64,000 bases of DNA, taken from contig JBCNVB010000025.1 in the NCBI GenBank assembly GCA_039630415.1, positions 87,673 to 151,672 on the forward strand. The letters run 5' to 3'. This document shows positions 30,449 to 40,352 of the stretch, piece by piece (positions within the stretch are counted from its first letter, which is position 1; each line of letters opens with the position of its first letter). The stretch is from a bacterium (GTDB lineage: Bacteria; DRYD01). Under the pieces are notes generated by a model. It searched no databases. It had not been told where the DNA came from and saw only the letters and a program-made list of their open reading frames with translations. Position numbers and translations under genes: made by a program.

Positions 30449-33400
30449 TTGTTAGGTAAAGTATTATCACGAAAGGGTATATCATTATTGGAATTGATAG
30501 TAGGGGTAGTTATACTAGGATTGGTATTTTCAATATCATCCACGACAGTTTTTTATCTATATCAACATCCTATGCTGGATAGATTTAAACACACCTCGGC
30601 ATATAGAACAGTATTTTTTGAGTTAAGCAAGATGGTAAAGGAAGCAAATGAAGTGAAAAACATATACAATACGTCAGCGGTAAGTGCAATATACCTGCAA
30701 GTAAGAAATAACTTATATGCTTATAGGATAAGAAGAAATGTGCCGATAGTACAAAGGAGATTGGAAAAATCTACGGATGGAGGTCATAGTTGGTTTATAT
30801 TGTCAAATACTGCAGGAATTGAGGATATAGTGTTTAGAGCAACAACTCCTTATCAAAATGCGAAAGTGGTATTGGTATCAATCAAAATGAATAGTGTATC
30901 CAAAAAGCTGTTAACGAATCATGAATTTGCTGTTTTGTTAAGGAAAAAGCATTCATATCAAGCCGGAGGAGGTAGTGGTGGAGGAGGTGGTGGCGGTGGT
31001 GGGGGTGGAAGTACAGACCCAATAACAGGACAGTATATTTTCTCTGGAATGATGAGAAGATTAACAACTACTTCATCAGGTAACTGGATTGTAAGCTACG
31101 GTATACAATTGGTAACAGGAAGTAGTTCAACTTCTTTTGGTTTACCATCAACTATTTATTCTTACTCTATTTCTCAACTAATCCATGCTAATGATCCATT
31201 TCCATACTCAAACATAGATACCTTTATAAATACGGCTAATAATACACAGAATATAGCTTTTCCAATTCTTTCTGTTCCTGATAATATAAGACCTATGTCG
31301 TATACACCAAGAACTATGTATAGATTTACAAGGCCTAGTAATAGTAGTCAGGTGACGGGTCAGGTAGTGAGTAATATTCAGGAATTTTTCCCTTCATATG
31401 GTAGTGCAAGGTTATCGGATATGAGTCCGAACCAGGATCCTGATACATTTGAGTTAATAGTAGTTGGTAATTATTTGTATACGGTATATGCTGTAAAGGA
31501 AATAGTATATGATCCTCAACCTTCTACGAGCTATACTAGATACTCAAATTCTATTTATTTTGCATATCGGAGAAATGTACCTAATTATTGGCAAACGAAT
31601 ACAAGAGTGTCATGGGTAAAGAGGAGGATATTTTCCATAGTAAGCACTGAAAGTACAAGTACACCACTGACAACTGTAAATTACAACATTATCTCTGTAA
31701 GGATGGTGTATGGGCAAGTAGGAACAAATAGATTCCATGTAACCTTTATTCTCGATACTAACAACACTAATCCCAATCCGCAAACAAGAGATATATACTA
31801 TTTGGGAAGCCCAGATGGAATAAATTGGACATCAAGAAGTATAGATGATCAATTTGCAAGTGATAATATATATCCTCTTGCGGTGGTACCTTTAGTAGGG
31901 AATATAGGTGGTAATCCGGATACTCTACATTTGGTGTATACTTTGAGTAATCTTAGTAACCCTCAGCAAGCATCAATTGGTTATACATCTACAAGTAATA
32001 CCATCAACTATAGAACACCAGAGTTATGGAATGATAGTACTTCGATTGGTTTGCGACCTTTATACAGGGGAACTAGCAGTCTACCATTTTATATAAACAA
32101 TTTTATAGATATGGAAGCGGTAATATTCAACAATGAGATACATATAGCAATAGGTTGTGAATCAATAACAGTTCCTTCAAACCCTTCAATAAGAGCAAAC
32201 CTGGTATACATGGTAAAGAGTAATGTTAATAGTGGTGCAGTATACAATAACTACTACAATCTTGATGCTGTTAGGTTTAGGAGTGTAACTATTTCACTAG
32301 GTAGATTCGTAGGTATTGATTTTGTAAATATATTCGCTGCTGGCTTAAATAGAGGTCTACATTACATCAGAGCTGATATAAATTCAATAAGAAGTATGGA
32401 TCTAAATGTCCAACAAGGTTTTGTACTACCTGATTTCAATACTACATATGTATGTAGTTTAGATTCAGTATATGCTGGTGGATATTTACATGTTTCTTTC
32501 ATAAGTACACCATCTGGTAATGTCCAGTCAGGTACCTTTAATCCAGGAATACAATTATCACTAGATTACATTAGAATATCACATCCTAACCAACCTTATC
32601 AAAGGATAGCAGGTAATACCATCAGTGCTAATTTAACAGCGAACAATAATAGTGTTGATAACCAAGCTTTACCTTCAGTGTATCTATCATATGCATTAAG
32701 GCAGGCAATAGCTGTATCAAATTATCTCCATATACTGTTTATAAATCAATCAATTGGTGAAGTACTATATATAAATCCTATGAATGCTAGTTTACCTTCC
32801 AGTATGTCTTTTGATACAATAGCTGTTCATCCAGTAGATAGGTCCCTTAGAATAAATACTTTAAGTTTTGATAATTCAGTTATTAGTTATAGTTGTTATA
32901 ATGGTAGTGGTCCGCCTTCTGCACTTGATACTCGTATAGGTACTCTCAAAGTAATATTAGCTAATCGAGATATTACTGAAGCGGATGGTAATAGGAATGT
33001 TAGTACAATGTTTGTAAATTCTGATGGTTCTAGAACTTGCGGATACTATAATGATGTGCAGGTAGTGGGTAATGCGATATACGTAGCATATTCAGAGCTA
33101 TTGAGTCCATCGATGTTAAGGTTAAAGATGGCAGTGAGTAGGGATAATGGACAAACATGGCAAACATCGGTAGTAAATAACTCTGATAGTGGATGGCACA
33201 TAGATTTAAAAGTTAGAGGATCTATAATAAATATAACTCACTCGGATAGTTACGGTAGGCTGATGGTAACTAAAAGGGTAGGAAATAATTGGGTTAATTT
33301 TCAACCCCCAAATCAAACGAATAATGTTTTGAATAGAGCATTTTTAGATAATCAAAATAGATTACATATACTTAGCTTTTCTTCGGTGTACTTCGCTCGT

Positions 33401-33763
33401 ACTGTTACTCATTCAAATCTTGTGTTTAGCCCACCTATAGCTTATTACAGAGTCTTTGATAATAATACAAATACTTTCCTAACAAATACAGGATTGGTAG
33501 GAGATGATCTAATGTCAGTACCTATACATTCACAAATGTTTAGTTCGATAGGAACGTATGGAGACATATTTGTTCAACCGGATGGGACTGTTTTAATACT
33601 GACGAATGCCACTCCAGCAGGAGAAACATATGCTTCTGTGTATTTGCTTGTAAGGGATAGTAGCGGAGTATGGAGACAACCTATACCTATTAATTTCGGG
33701 ATTGGAAGTTCTACCTCATTCCTACGATATGAAACACTTCATCTGAGAATTAATAGGTTTTAG
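30449..33763 (+). CDS. giant prepilin-propeller protein, copy 2
   Basis: Likely TTG start at 30449 after GAGGTG (MLGKVLSRKG|ISLLELIVGV); poly-Gly linker; Asp-box-like STDGGHSW, SPDGINW, SRDNGQTW; ends LRINRF. Confidence 0.88.
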   Translation: MLGKVLSRKGISLLELIVGVVILGLVFSISSTTVFYLYQHPMLDRFKHTSAYRTVFFELSKMVKEANEVKNIYNTSAVSAIYLQVRNNLYAYRIRRNVPIVQRRLEKSTDGGHSWFILSNTAGIEDIVFRATTPYQNAKVVLVSIKMNSVSKKLLTNHEFAVLLRKKHSYQAGGGSGGGGGGGGGGGSTDPITGQYIFSGMMRRLTTTSSGNWIVSYGIQLVTGSSSTSFGLPSTIYSYSISQLIHANDPFPYSNIDTFINTANNTQNIAFPILSVPDNIRPMSYTPRTMYRFTRPSNSSQVTGQVVSNIQEFFPSYGSARLSDMSPNQDPDTFELIVVGNYLYTVYAVKEIVYDPQPSTSYTRYSNSIYFAYRRNVPNYWQTNTRVSWVKRRIFSIVSTESTSTPLTTVNYNIISVRMVYGQVGTNRFHVTFILDTNNTNPNPQTRDIYYLGSPDGINWTSRSIDDQFASDNIYPLAVVPLVGNIGGNPDTLHLVYTLSNLSNPQQASIGYTSTSNTINYRTPELWNDSTSIGLRPLYRGTSSLPFYINNFIDMEAVIFNNEIHIAIGCESITVPSNPSIRANLVYMVKSNVNSGAVYNNYYNLDAVRFRSVTISLGRFVGIDFVNIFAAGLNRGLHYIRADINSIRSMDLNVQQGFVLPDFNTTYVCSLDSVYAGGYLHVSFISTPSGNVQSGTFNPGIQLSLDYIRISHPNQPYQRIAGNTISANLTANNNSVDNQALPSVYLSYALRQAIAVSNYLHILFINQSIGEVLYINPMNASLPSSMSFDTIAVHPVDRSLRINTLSFDNSVISYSCYNGSGPPSALDTRIGTLKVILANRDITEADGNRNVSTMFVNSDGSRTCGYYNDVQVVGNAIYVAYSELLSPSMLRLKMAVSRDNGQTWQTSVVNNSDSGWHIDLKVRGSIINITHSDSYGRLMVTKRVGNNWVNFQPPNQTNNVLNRAFLDNQNRLHILSFSSVYFARTVTHSNLVFSPPIAYYRVFDNNTNTFLTNTGLVGDDLMSVPIHSQMFSSIGTYGDIFVQPDGTVLILTNATPAGETYASVYLLVRDSSGVWRQPIPINFGIGSSTSFLRYETLHLRINRF
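30965..31009 (+). repeat. GGN triplet tract encoding a poly-Gly linker
   Basis: ggaggaggtagtggtggaggaggtggtggcggtggtgggggtgga = GGGSGGGGGGGGGGG. Confidence 0.9.
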
Positions 33764-33846
33764 TAGTTATCTATTAGGGAAATTAGAATCTGAAAAGCTA
33801 AAATTAATTTGGAGAATCTAGTTTATCTTGAAAAGGGGGGTTAATA

Positions 33847-36800
33847 ATGCTAGATAAAGTAAAATTACAAAAGGGAATATCGTTATTGGAGTTGATAGTA
33901 GGTGTAGTTATATTGTTATTGATATTTTGGATATCGTCCACAGCAGTTCTATATTTTTATCAGCATCCTACACTAGATAAATTCAAACAAGTATCTGCAT
34001 ATAGGACAGTATTTTTTGAGTTAAACAAGGTGATAAAGGAAGCCAATGAGGTGAAAAATATCTACAATACATCAGTAGTGAGTGCAATATACTTACAAGT
34101 AAGGAACGACTTATATGCTTATAGGATAAGAAGAAATGTGCCGATAGTACAAAGGAGATTGGAAAAATCTACGGATGGGGGGCATAGTTGGTTTATATTG
34201 TCAAATCCTGCAGGAATTGAGGATATAGTGTTTAGAGCAACAACTCCTTCTCAAGATGCGAAAGTGGTATTGGTATCAATCAGAATGAATAGTGTATCCA
34301 AAAAGTTGTCAACAAATCATGAATTTGCTGTTTTGTTAAGGAAAAAGCATTCATATCTAGCTGGAGGAAGCGGAAATAATGACCCATTAATAGGCGAGTA
34401 TATTTTATCTGGAATGGCTAGAACATCTTATCCTTATTTTTATCATTCTAACCCTAGAGCTATTGATTACAATATACAATTAGTAACAGGAAATAGTTTA
34501 AATTCTTTTGGTATGCCAAGAACTATCTATTTTTACTATCATCCTTACGATAATGATCCTCCACAAAACCATTTTCCACACTCAAACATAGATACCTTCG
34601 TAAACATGGCTGATAATACATATAATCTTGTTTTCCCCATCCTTCATTTTAATACTAATTCGCGTAATAATTTTTTTTCTCGAGGAGCTACAACAGATGA
34701 ACCAAAAGTTATGTGTAGATTTATGAAGTCTAGTAATAATTCTCAAATAAATAGTTACATGGCTAGTAATATCCGGGAGTTTTCACCTTCATATGATTTA
34801 GGATCAGTATCTGCTGAACTGATTGTAGTTGGTAATTATTTATATACAGTGTATGCTGTAACGGAGGTTGTGTATGATCCTCAAGCTGGAGCACCAGGTG
34901 CTACTAGGTACTCACATTCAATATATTTTGCTTATAGAAAAAATGTACCTAATTATTGGCAAACGAATACAAGAGTGTCATGGGTAAAAAGAAAAATATT
35001 CTCCATAAATGAACCTTCACATATTTCACATATAGGAGATAGGCAATACAGTATTAGTTCAGTAAGGATGGTATATGGGCAAGTAGGATCAAATAGATTT
35101 CATGTAACATTTATTCTGGATAGTCATGTCTTTACTTTAGGCCATGATAACGATACTAATCGAATTCTACATACAGATATATACTATCTAGGAAGTCCAG
35201 ACGGTATAAATTGGACTGGGAGAAGTATAGATGATCAATTTGGAAATGATAACATATATCCGCATAGGGTAGTACCTTTGATAGGAAATATAGGTGGTAA
35301 CTCGGACACTCTACATATAGTGTATGCTTTCGGAAATCCTTATACATCAATCGGTTATACATCTACGAGTAACACTATCAACTATAGACCACCGCAAGTA
35401 TTGAATTACGGTAGTTTATACCCTTTATACAAGGGAGGTGTCAGTGTACCATTTTACATAGTTGATTTTTCTGATATGGAAGCTGTAATATACAATAATG
35501 CGATACATATAGTGATAGGTTGTAGATCACTACTAACGGTTCCCCTACACTTTTCAATAGCAAATTTAGTATACATGGTAAAAAATAACGTTAACACTAG
35601 TGCAATATACAATGACTACTTCAATTCTAGGGCTGAAATTTTTAAAAGTGTAACTATTTCAGTAGGTAGATTTGCAGGCACTGATTTTGTAAACATATTT
35701 GCTGCTGGATATAGAGATGGATTACATTATATTAGAGCTGACATAAATTCAATAATAGGCATGGACTTGTATTCACAAGGTTTTGAACTAAACGAATTTC
35801 GAGATCTTTTTATATCAAGTTTGGATTCAGTATATGCTGACGGTTATTTACATGTTTCTTTTCTAATAGGTTATTGGGATACGAGATTTCACCAACCTCC
35901 ACCTAGTGAGTTAGCTCTAGACTACATAAGAATATCACATCCATATCAACCTTACCAAAGAATAGCAAATCGAAATATCAGTTTGAATTTAACATTAAGC
36001 AATAATACTGTTGATTACCAACCTTTGGATTTAGGAACTGTATCTAGTCCATTTATGCAAGCAATAGCAGTGTCAAATTATCTCCATATATTGTTTATAG
36101 ATGATTTAATTGGTGAGGTTATGTATATACATCCTAGAAGTACTAATCTGCCTTCTACGAATTCTTTTGATACTATTGCTGTTCATCCAGCTGATAAACC
36201 CATTAGAATAAATACTCTAAGTTCTGATAGCGGAGTTATTAGTTATAGTTGTTATAATCCTTATATTCCTTATAGTCATCTTAATAATTATGATTTTATA
36301 TATGCTTCACTGAATCCTTATGCAGGTACTCTTAAAGTAATTCTGCCTAATCACGACATTACTGAAGTCGACGGTAATAGAAATGTAAGTACAACGTTTA
36401 TGGATTCGGAAGGTGCTAGAACCTGTGGATACTACAATGATATACAAGTAGTAAATAACGCAATATATGTAGCATACTCTGAATTGGTCATAACTCCATC
36501 AAAGAGGTTAAGGTTAAAAATGGCAGTGAGTGAGGATAATGGACAAACTTGGAAAACTTCAGTAATAAATAACTCCGATAGTGCTTGGTTCATAGATTTG
36601 AAAATCAAAGGAAGTATAGTAAACATAACACACTCAGATAGTCAAGGTAGATTAATAGTAACCAAGAGGATGGGTAATAGTTGGGTTAATTTTCAGCCTC
36701 CAAATCAGACGGTTAACGTTTTGAATAGAACATTCTTGGATAATCAAAATAGATTACATATACTTAGTTTTTCTTCTATGTACTTTGCTCATAGTACTGC

Positions 36801-37164
36801 TTATAATAATAGGTATAGCCCGCCTGCTACTTATTACAGAATTTTTGATAATAACACAAATACTTTCCTAACAAGTACTGGTTTGGTAGGAGATAATTTG
36901 ATATCTGTACCTATATATTCGCAAACGTTTAGTACGATAGGGACGTTTGGAGACATATTTGTCCAGCCAGATGGAACTGTTTTGATATTAACAAATGCTG
37001 TTCAATGGAGTCAGCCGTGGGGGCTAGATTATCCTTCTGTATATTTATTTATAAGAGATAGTAACGGAGTTTGGAGACAGCCTATACCTATTAATTTCGG
37101 ATTTAGGTATAATAACACGTTTTTACGAACGGAAGCAATTTACCTAAGGATAAATGGATTATAA
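33847..37164 (+). CDS. giant prepilin-propeller protein, copy 3
   Basis: MLDKVKLQKG|ISLLELIVGV; collinear with copy 2; STDGGHSW, SPDGINW, SEDNGQTW; ends LRINGL. Confidence 0.88.
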   Translation: MLDKVKLQKGISLLELIVGVVILLLIFWISSTAVLYFYQHPTLDKFKQVSAYRTVFFELNKVIKEANEVKNIYNTSVVSAIYLQVRNDLYAYRIRRNVPIVQRRLEKSTDGGHSWFILSNPAGIEDIVFRATTPSQDAKVVLVSIRMNSVSKKLSTNHEFAVLLRKKHSYLAGGSGNNDPLIGEYILSGMARTSYPYFYHSNPRAIDYNIQLVTGNSLNSFGMPRTIYFYYHPYDNDPPQNHFPHSNIDTFVNMADNTYNLVFPILHFNTNSRNNFFSRGATTDEPKVMCRFMKSSNNSQINSYMASNIREFSPSYDLGSVSAELIVVGNYLYTVYAVTEVVYDPQAGAPGATRYSHSIYFAYRKNVPNYWQTNTRVSWVKRKIFSINEPSHISHIGDRQYSISSVRMVYGQVGSNRFHVTFILDSHVFTLGHDNDTNRILHTDIYYLGSPDGINWTGRSIDDQFGNDNIYPHRVVPLIGNIGGNSDTLHIVYAFGNPYTSIGYTSTSNTINYRPPQVLNYGSLYPLYKGGVSVPFYIVDFSDMEAVIYNNAIHIVIGCRSLLTVPLHFSIANLVYMVKNNVNTSAIYNDYFNSRAEIFKSVTISVGRFAGTDFVNIFAAGYRDGLHYIRADINSIIGMDLYSQGFELNEFRDLFISSLDSVYADGYLHVSFLIGYWDTRFHQPPPSELALDYIRISHPYQPYQRIANRNISLNLTLSNNTVDYQPLDLGTVSSPFMQAIAVSNYLHILFIDDLIGEVMYIHPRSTNLPSTNSFDTIAVHPADKPIRINTLSSDSGVISYSCYNPYIPYSHLNNYDFIYASLNPYAGTLKVILPNHDITEVDGNRNVSTTFMDSEGARTCGYYNDIQVVNNAIYVAYSELVITPSKRLRLKMAVSEDNGQTWKTSVINNSDSAWFIDLKIKGSIVNITHSDSQGRLIVTKRMGNSWVNFQPPNQTVNVLNRTFLDNQNRLHILSFSSMYFAHSTAYNNRYSPPATYYRIFDNNTNTFLTSTGLVGDNLISVPIYSQTFSTIGTFGDIFVQPDGTVLILTNAVQWSQPWGLDYPSVYLFIRDSNGVWRQPIPINFGFRYNNTFLRTEAIYLRINGL

Positions 37165-38661
37165 TATGTTGTTTATAAAGTTTGCTTTAGATGAGGGTAT
37201 TTCGCTCTGAATTTTGTTGTTTTTTATCGATCCACAGCCAATAACTATAGAGTTAAATTTTACTGCTATAAAAGGTTGGTTGGATTTTATGTTTACTTCC
37301 CTAAAAAATTGTCTGTCTATTTCCTGCCTGGATATGAATTTCTTGAGCAAGTCTATGTTAAAATCTAACTCTACATAGTTTTGATTAATGTATCTATTCA
37401 TTACAGATAAAAAAGTACTGGTTGGTTTATAGATTTTTAAAGGTTTAAAGTATCTTAAAGCTTTTAAACCAAAGTACTCAACTGTTAAAGGACCTTTTTT
37501 CTTTACAATTATTTCCTTTAAACTTGTTACATATATGTCTGTGATTTCATTTTCTTGCTTGCATTTGTAGAACCATACGAGATTTTTGATTATACTTTCA
37601 GGAATTCCATAAGAACTTAAGTGTTCGTATACCATTGAGTAATCGATTATTTTGATATTTTTGCCTTGAAAAGTTACACCTTGATCTATTGGTACCAGTT
37701 CTACTTCTGAGTTAATTGGGTGTTTGTTTATACCTGGTTCAGAATTATTTGTAAGATTGAGTTTAGCAATAAACATTCCTGTCATGTTATAAGGATATAC
37801 TCTTATGGTTTTTTGTAAATCTTGTGAAAATTTGAATTGTTTATATTCAACAATTCCAGGTTTTATGTTATGCAGGTTTGGTGTAGTTATGGGTATAATT
37901 TGGGCTAGATTTTGTTCTAGTATAGAGTTTATGATATATTCATTTTCAAGGGGATTAAAGGTACATGTTGAGTAAACTATTTCAGTGTTTTGATTAGCTA
38001 TTTGCAAAGCTCTAGATAAAAGTTTGTATTGAACATCTTTAATATGATTAACAAATGAGTAATGTTTTTGGACATTATAGTTTTGATAATCATTAAGATT
38101 TGATTCAGCGGAGCAGGGAACATCTGCTAAAATGAAATCGATTTGTTTGTTTATAATCTTTGGGAAAAATGCAGCATTACATTGCGTTACAATTACGTTT
38201 AGTGTACCCATTCTTTGGATATTGTGAACTAAGGCTTTTATCCTATCATGTCCTATATCGTTGGCAATAACGATTGAATTTGGGAACATTGTTGCTAGTA
38301 GTGTGGTTTTGCCACCGGGTGAGGCACACATGTCCACAATTAGCGCCGGTTTTCTAGTGTTATTGAAGCTTGTTACTACTAAACCTGAGGATATGTCCTG
38401 AACATAAAGGTAACCAAAAAGATGCTCTGGCTTTTTAGTTAAACTTCCTTTCTTAACTACAAAGTAATCTTGATTATCGTTTAACTTGATTTTCTCTATT
38501 TCTAAGTCTGGGTATCTAGTTAAGCAGTTTATTACTGTTTCTGTATCGGCTTTTATTAGGTTTATCCTAAAGTAAGTTGGCTTGGGAGAGATTAGATGAT
38601 TCCAAAACTCTTCTTTGTCAGAAACAAAATCGTACTCTTTTAAAATTTCCTTAAAGCTCAC
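37159..38661 (-). CDS. RsmB/NOP-family (RsmF-like) RNA cytosine-C5 methyltransferase
   Basis: YVQDISS, DMCASPGGKT, DVPCS, YSTCTFNPLENE; PUA-like C-terminus. Confidence 0.9.
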   Translation of the reverse strand: MSFKEILKEYDFVSDKEEFWNHLISPKPTYFRINLIKADTETVINCLTRYPDLEIEKIKLNDNQDYFVVKKGSLTKKPEHLFGYLYVQDISSGLVVTSFNNTRKPALIVDMCASPGGKTTLLATMFPNSIVIANDIGHDRIKALVHNIQRMGTLNVIVTQCNAAFFPKIINKQIDFILADVPCSAESNLNDYQNYNVQKHYSFVNHIKDVQYKLLSRALQIANQNTEIVYSTCTFNPLENEYIINSILEQNLAQIIPITTPNLHNIKPGIVEYKQFKFSQDLQKTIRVYPYNMTGMFIAKLNLTNNSEPGINKHPINSEVELVPIDQGVTFQGKNIKIIDYSMVYEHLSSYGIPESIIKNLVWFYKCKQENEITDIYVTSLKEIIVKKKGPLTVEYFGLKALRYFKPLKIYKPTSTFLSVMNRYINQNYVELDFNIDLLKKFISRQEIDRQFFREVNIKSNQPFIAVKFNSIVIGCGSIKNNKIQSEIPSSKANFINNIL

Positions 38662-38753
38662 TATAAAAACTATTCAACCTCTATAACTGAATACCTCTAA
38701 GCATAGATATTTTATCAAAGGATATGGTGAATTTTACATAGAAATATATTTTA

Positions 38754-39614
38754 ATGGACCTGGGGTACTTGTGGTACAAAATATATATTCCTTATGTTGA
38801 AAATAAACTTTTAGGATATTCTTTATTTTTACTGGCATTTATTTCAGTGGTTTTGAACATATATGTTGCTTTGGTTAGAAGTGGCAAGCTGACAAGCATT
38901 TATATTAGGAAGATTCCTGCTTTAAATTCGATAGAAGAAGCGGTTGGTAGATGTACGGAAATGGGAAAACCCGTTTTGTATATACCCGGTATACAGGATA
39001 TAGATAATATCCAGACTTTAGCTTCGCTGTCTTTGCTTAGTTATGTCTCACAAAGATGTGCTGAATATGAAACTGATTTTATCATGCCTGTAAGTAGATC
39101 GGTTGTAATGACGGTGGCTCAGGAAATAGTCAAAGAGTCGTATCTGAGAGCTGGAAGGAGTGACCTTTACAAGAGTGATATGGTGTTTTACCTTACGGAT
39201 GATCAATTTGGATACGCTGCAGGTGTTGATGGAATAATTAGTAGAGAAAAACCTGGTGCTGTGTTCCTTATAGGTGCATTTTATGCCGAATCTTTAATAC
39301 TTGCTGAAACAGGGTTTTCAGTTGGAGCGATTCAGATAGCTGGAACCGCTATGATAACCCAACTACCATTCTTCATAGCTGCTTGTGATTATGTGTTAAT
39401 TGGTGAAGAACTATTTGCAGCTTCAGCTTACCTATCCAGAGATATGATAGATAAAATAACTCTACGAACTCAAGACATATCAAAAGCATTGGTAATGATA
39501 GCTATAGTCATAGGATCTACCATAAATAGTATCTATATTCTAAACCCAGGTATAGCGAAGATACCAATAATCAATATAATACACAAAATATCAAGTACAA
39601 TGTTGCTAAGGTAA
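38754..39614 (+). CDS. membrane protein of unknown function (DUF6754-like)
   Basis: IRKIPAL..IEEAVGRCTEMGKP, G.FYAESLILAE, QIAGT, QLPFFIAACDY.LIGEELFAASAYLS (family assignment from memory). Confidence 0.75.
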   Translation: MDLGYLWYKIYIPYVENKLLGYSLFLLAFISVVLNIYVALVRSGKLTSIYIRKIPALNSIEEAVGRCTEMGKPVLYIPGIQDIDNIQTLASLSLLSYVSQRCAEYETDFIMPVSRSVVMTVAQEIVKESYLRAGRSDLYKSDMVFYLTDDQFGYAAGVDGIISREKPGAVFLIGAFYAESLILAETGFSVGAIQIAGTAMITQLPFFIAACDYVLIGEELFAASAYLSRDMIDKITLRTQDISKALVMIAIVIGSTINSIYILNPGIAKIPIINIIHKISSTMLLR

Positions 39615-39620
39615 AATCGA

Positions 39621-40346
39621 ATGAAAAGGGAAATACCTTTACTAATAACGGCGATAACAGGATTAATCATAATAATCAACTATTTTCTACCTGAAATAAC
39701 TGGAGGTGTTACCCAAGTAGTAAGGACCTGGAATATAATTATATCATCTTTTGCGATAATCTTGGGTATCCTTAATTTAGTTATTGTTAGTCTTAGAAAA
39801 ACACTAGAGCCTATAACTCATTTGGACGATAGAATAGCTAATATAGTTTTGATACTATCACTAATTGCAACTATCATAGTGGGTATGATTTATGGTGTCA
39901 ATTCTCAAACAGAAACTTCGCTAAGGTTTATAACTGATAATAGATATGCATTACCAATTATAAGCATAGAGTTGTCAAGTTTTGACAATAATCCTTTCAC
40001 TAGCGTGATATTTTATAGTATATACAACCCACTAAGTGCTGCAATGTTTTCATTATTGGCATTTTTCATAGCTTCCGCTTCTTATAGAGCATTTAGAGCT
40101 AGAAACTTAGAGGCTACTTTACTCCTTTTTGCAGCATCTATCGTTATACTTGGAAGAGTACCAGTTGGAGACTTAATTTTTGGACTAGTTGGATTAAAAA
40201 TATCACCAATTTCAGAGTACATAACTGCAGTTATAAACGCAGCTGGGCAAAGAGCTATAATGATAGCTGTAGGAATAGGTACCATAATAATATCTCTCAA
40301 GTTGCTGTTTGGAATAGAAAGATCACACCTGGGTAAAGGTGAGTAA
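39621..40346 (+). CDS. polytopic membrane protein of unknown function
   Basis: Several TM helices; MFSLLAFFIASASYRAFRARN.EATLLL, GQRAIMI motifs. Confidence 0.75.
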   Translation: MKREIPLLITAITGLIIIINYFLPEITGGVTQVVRTWNIIISSFAIILGILNLVIVSLRKTLEPITHLDDRIANIVLILSLIATIIVGMIYGVNSQTETSLRFITDNRYALPIISIELSSFDNNPFTSVIFYSIYNPLSAAMFSLLAFFIASASYRAFRARNLEATLLLFAASIVILGRVPVGDLIFGLVGLKISPISEYITAVINAAGQRAIMIAVGIGTIIISLKLLFGIERSHLGKGE

Positions 40347-40352
40347 AAACGT

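Noticed and set aside
30711-34357. Diversity-generating retroelement (TR/VR pair) acting on the giant pilins
   Set aside because: Only about 5 of 9 mismatches are at adenines, both repeats are coding, loop variation includes indels, and no reverse transcriptase is in the window
25159-37164. Calling the giant pilins sialidases or PilY1
   Set aside because: Asp-boxes are structural; no FRIP/arginine-triad or PilY1-specific motifs could be identified
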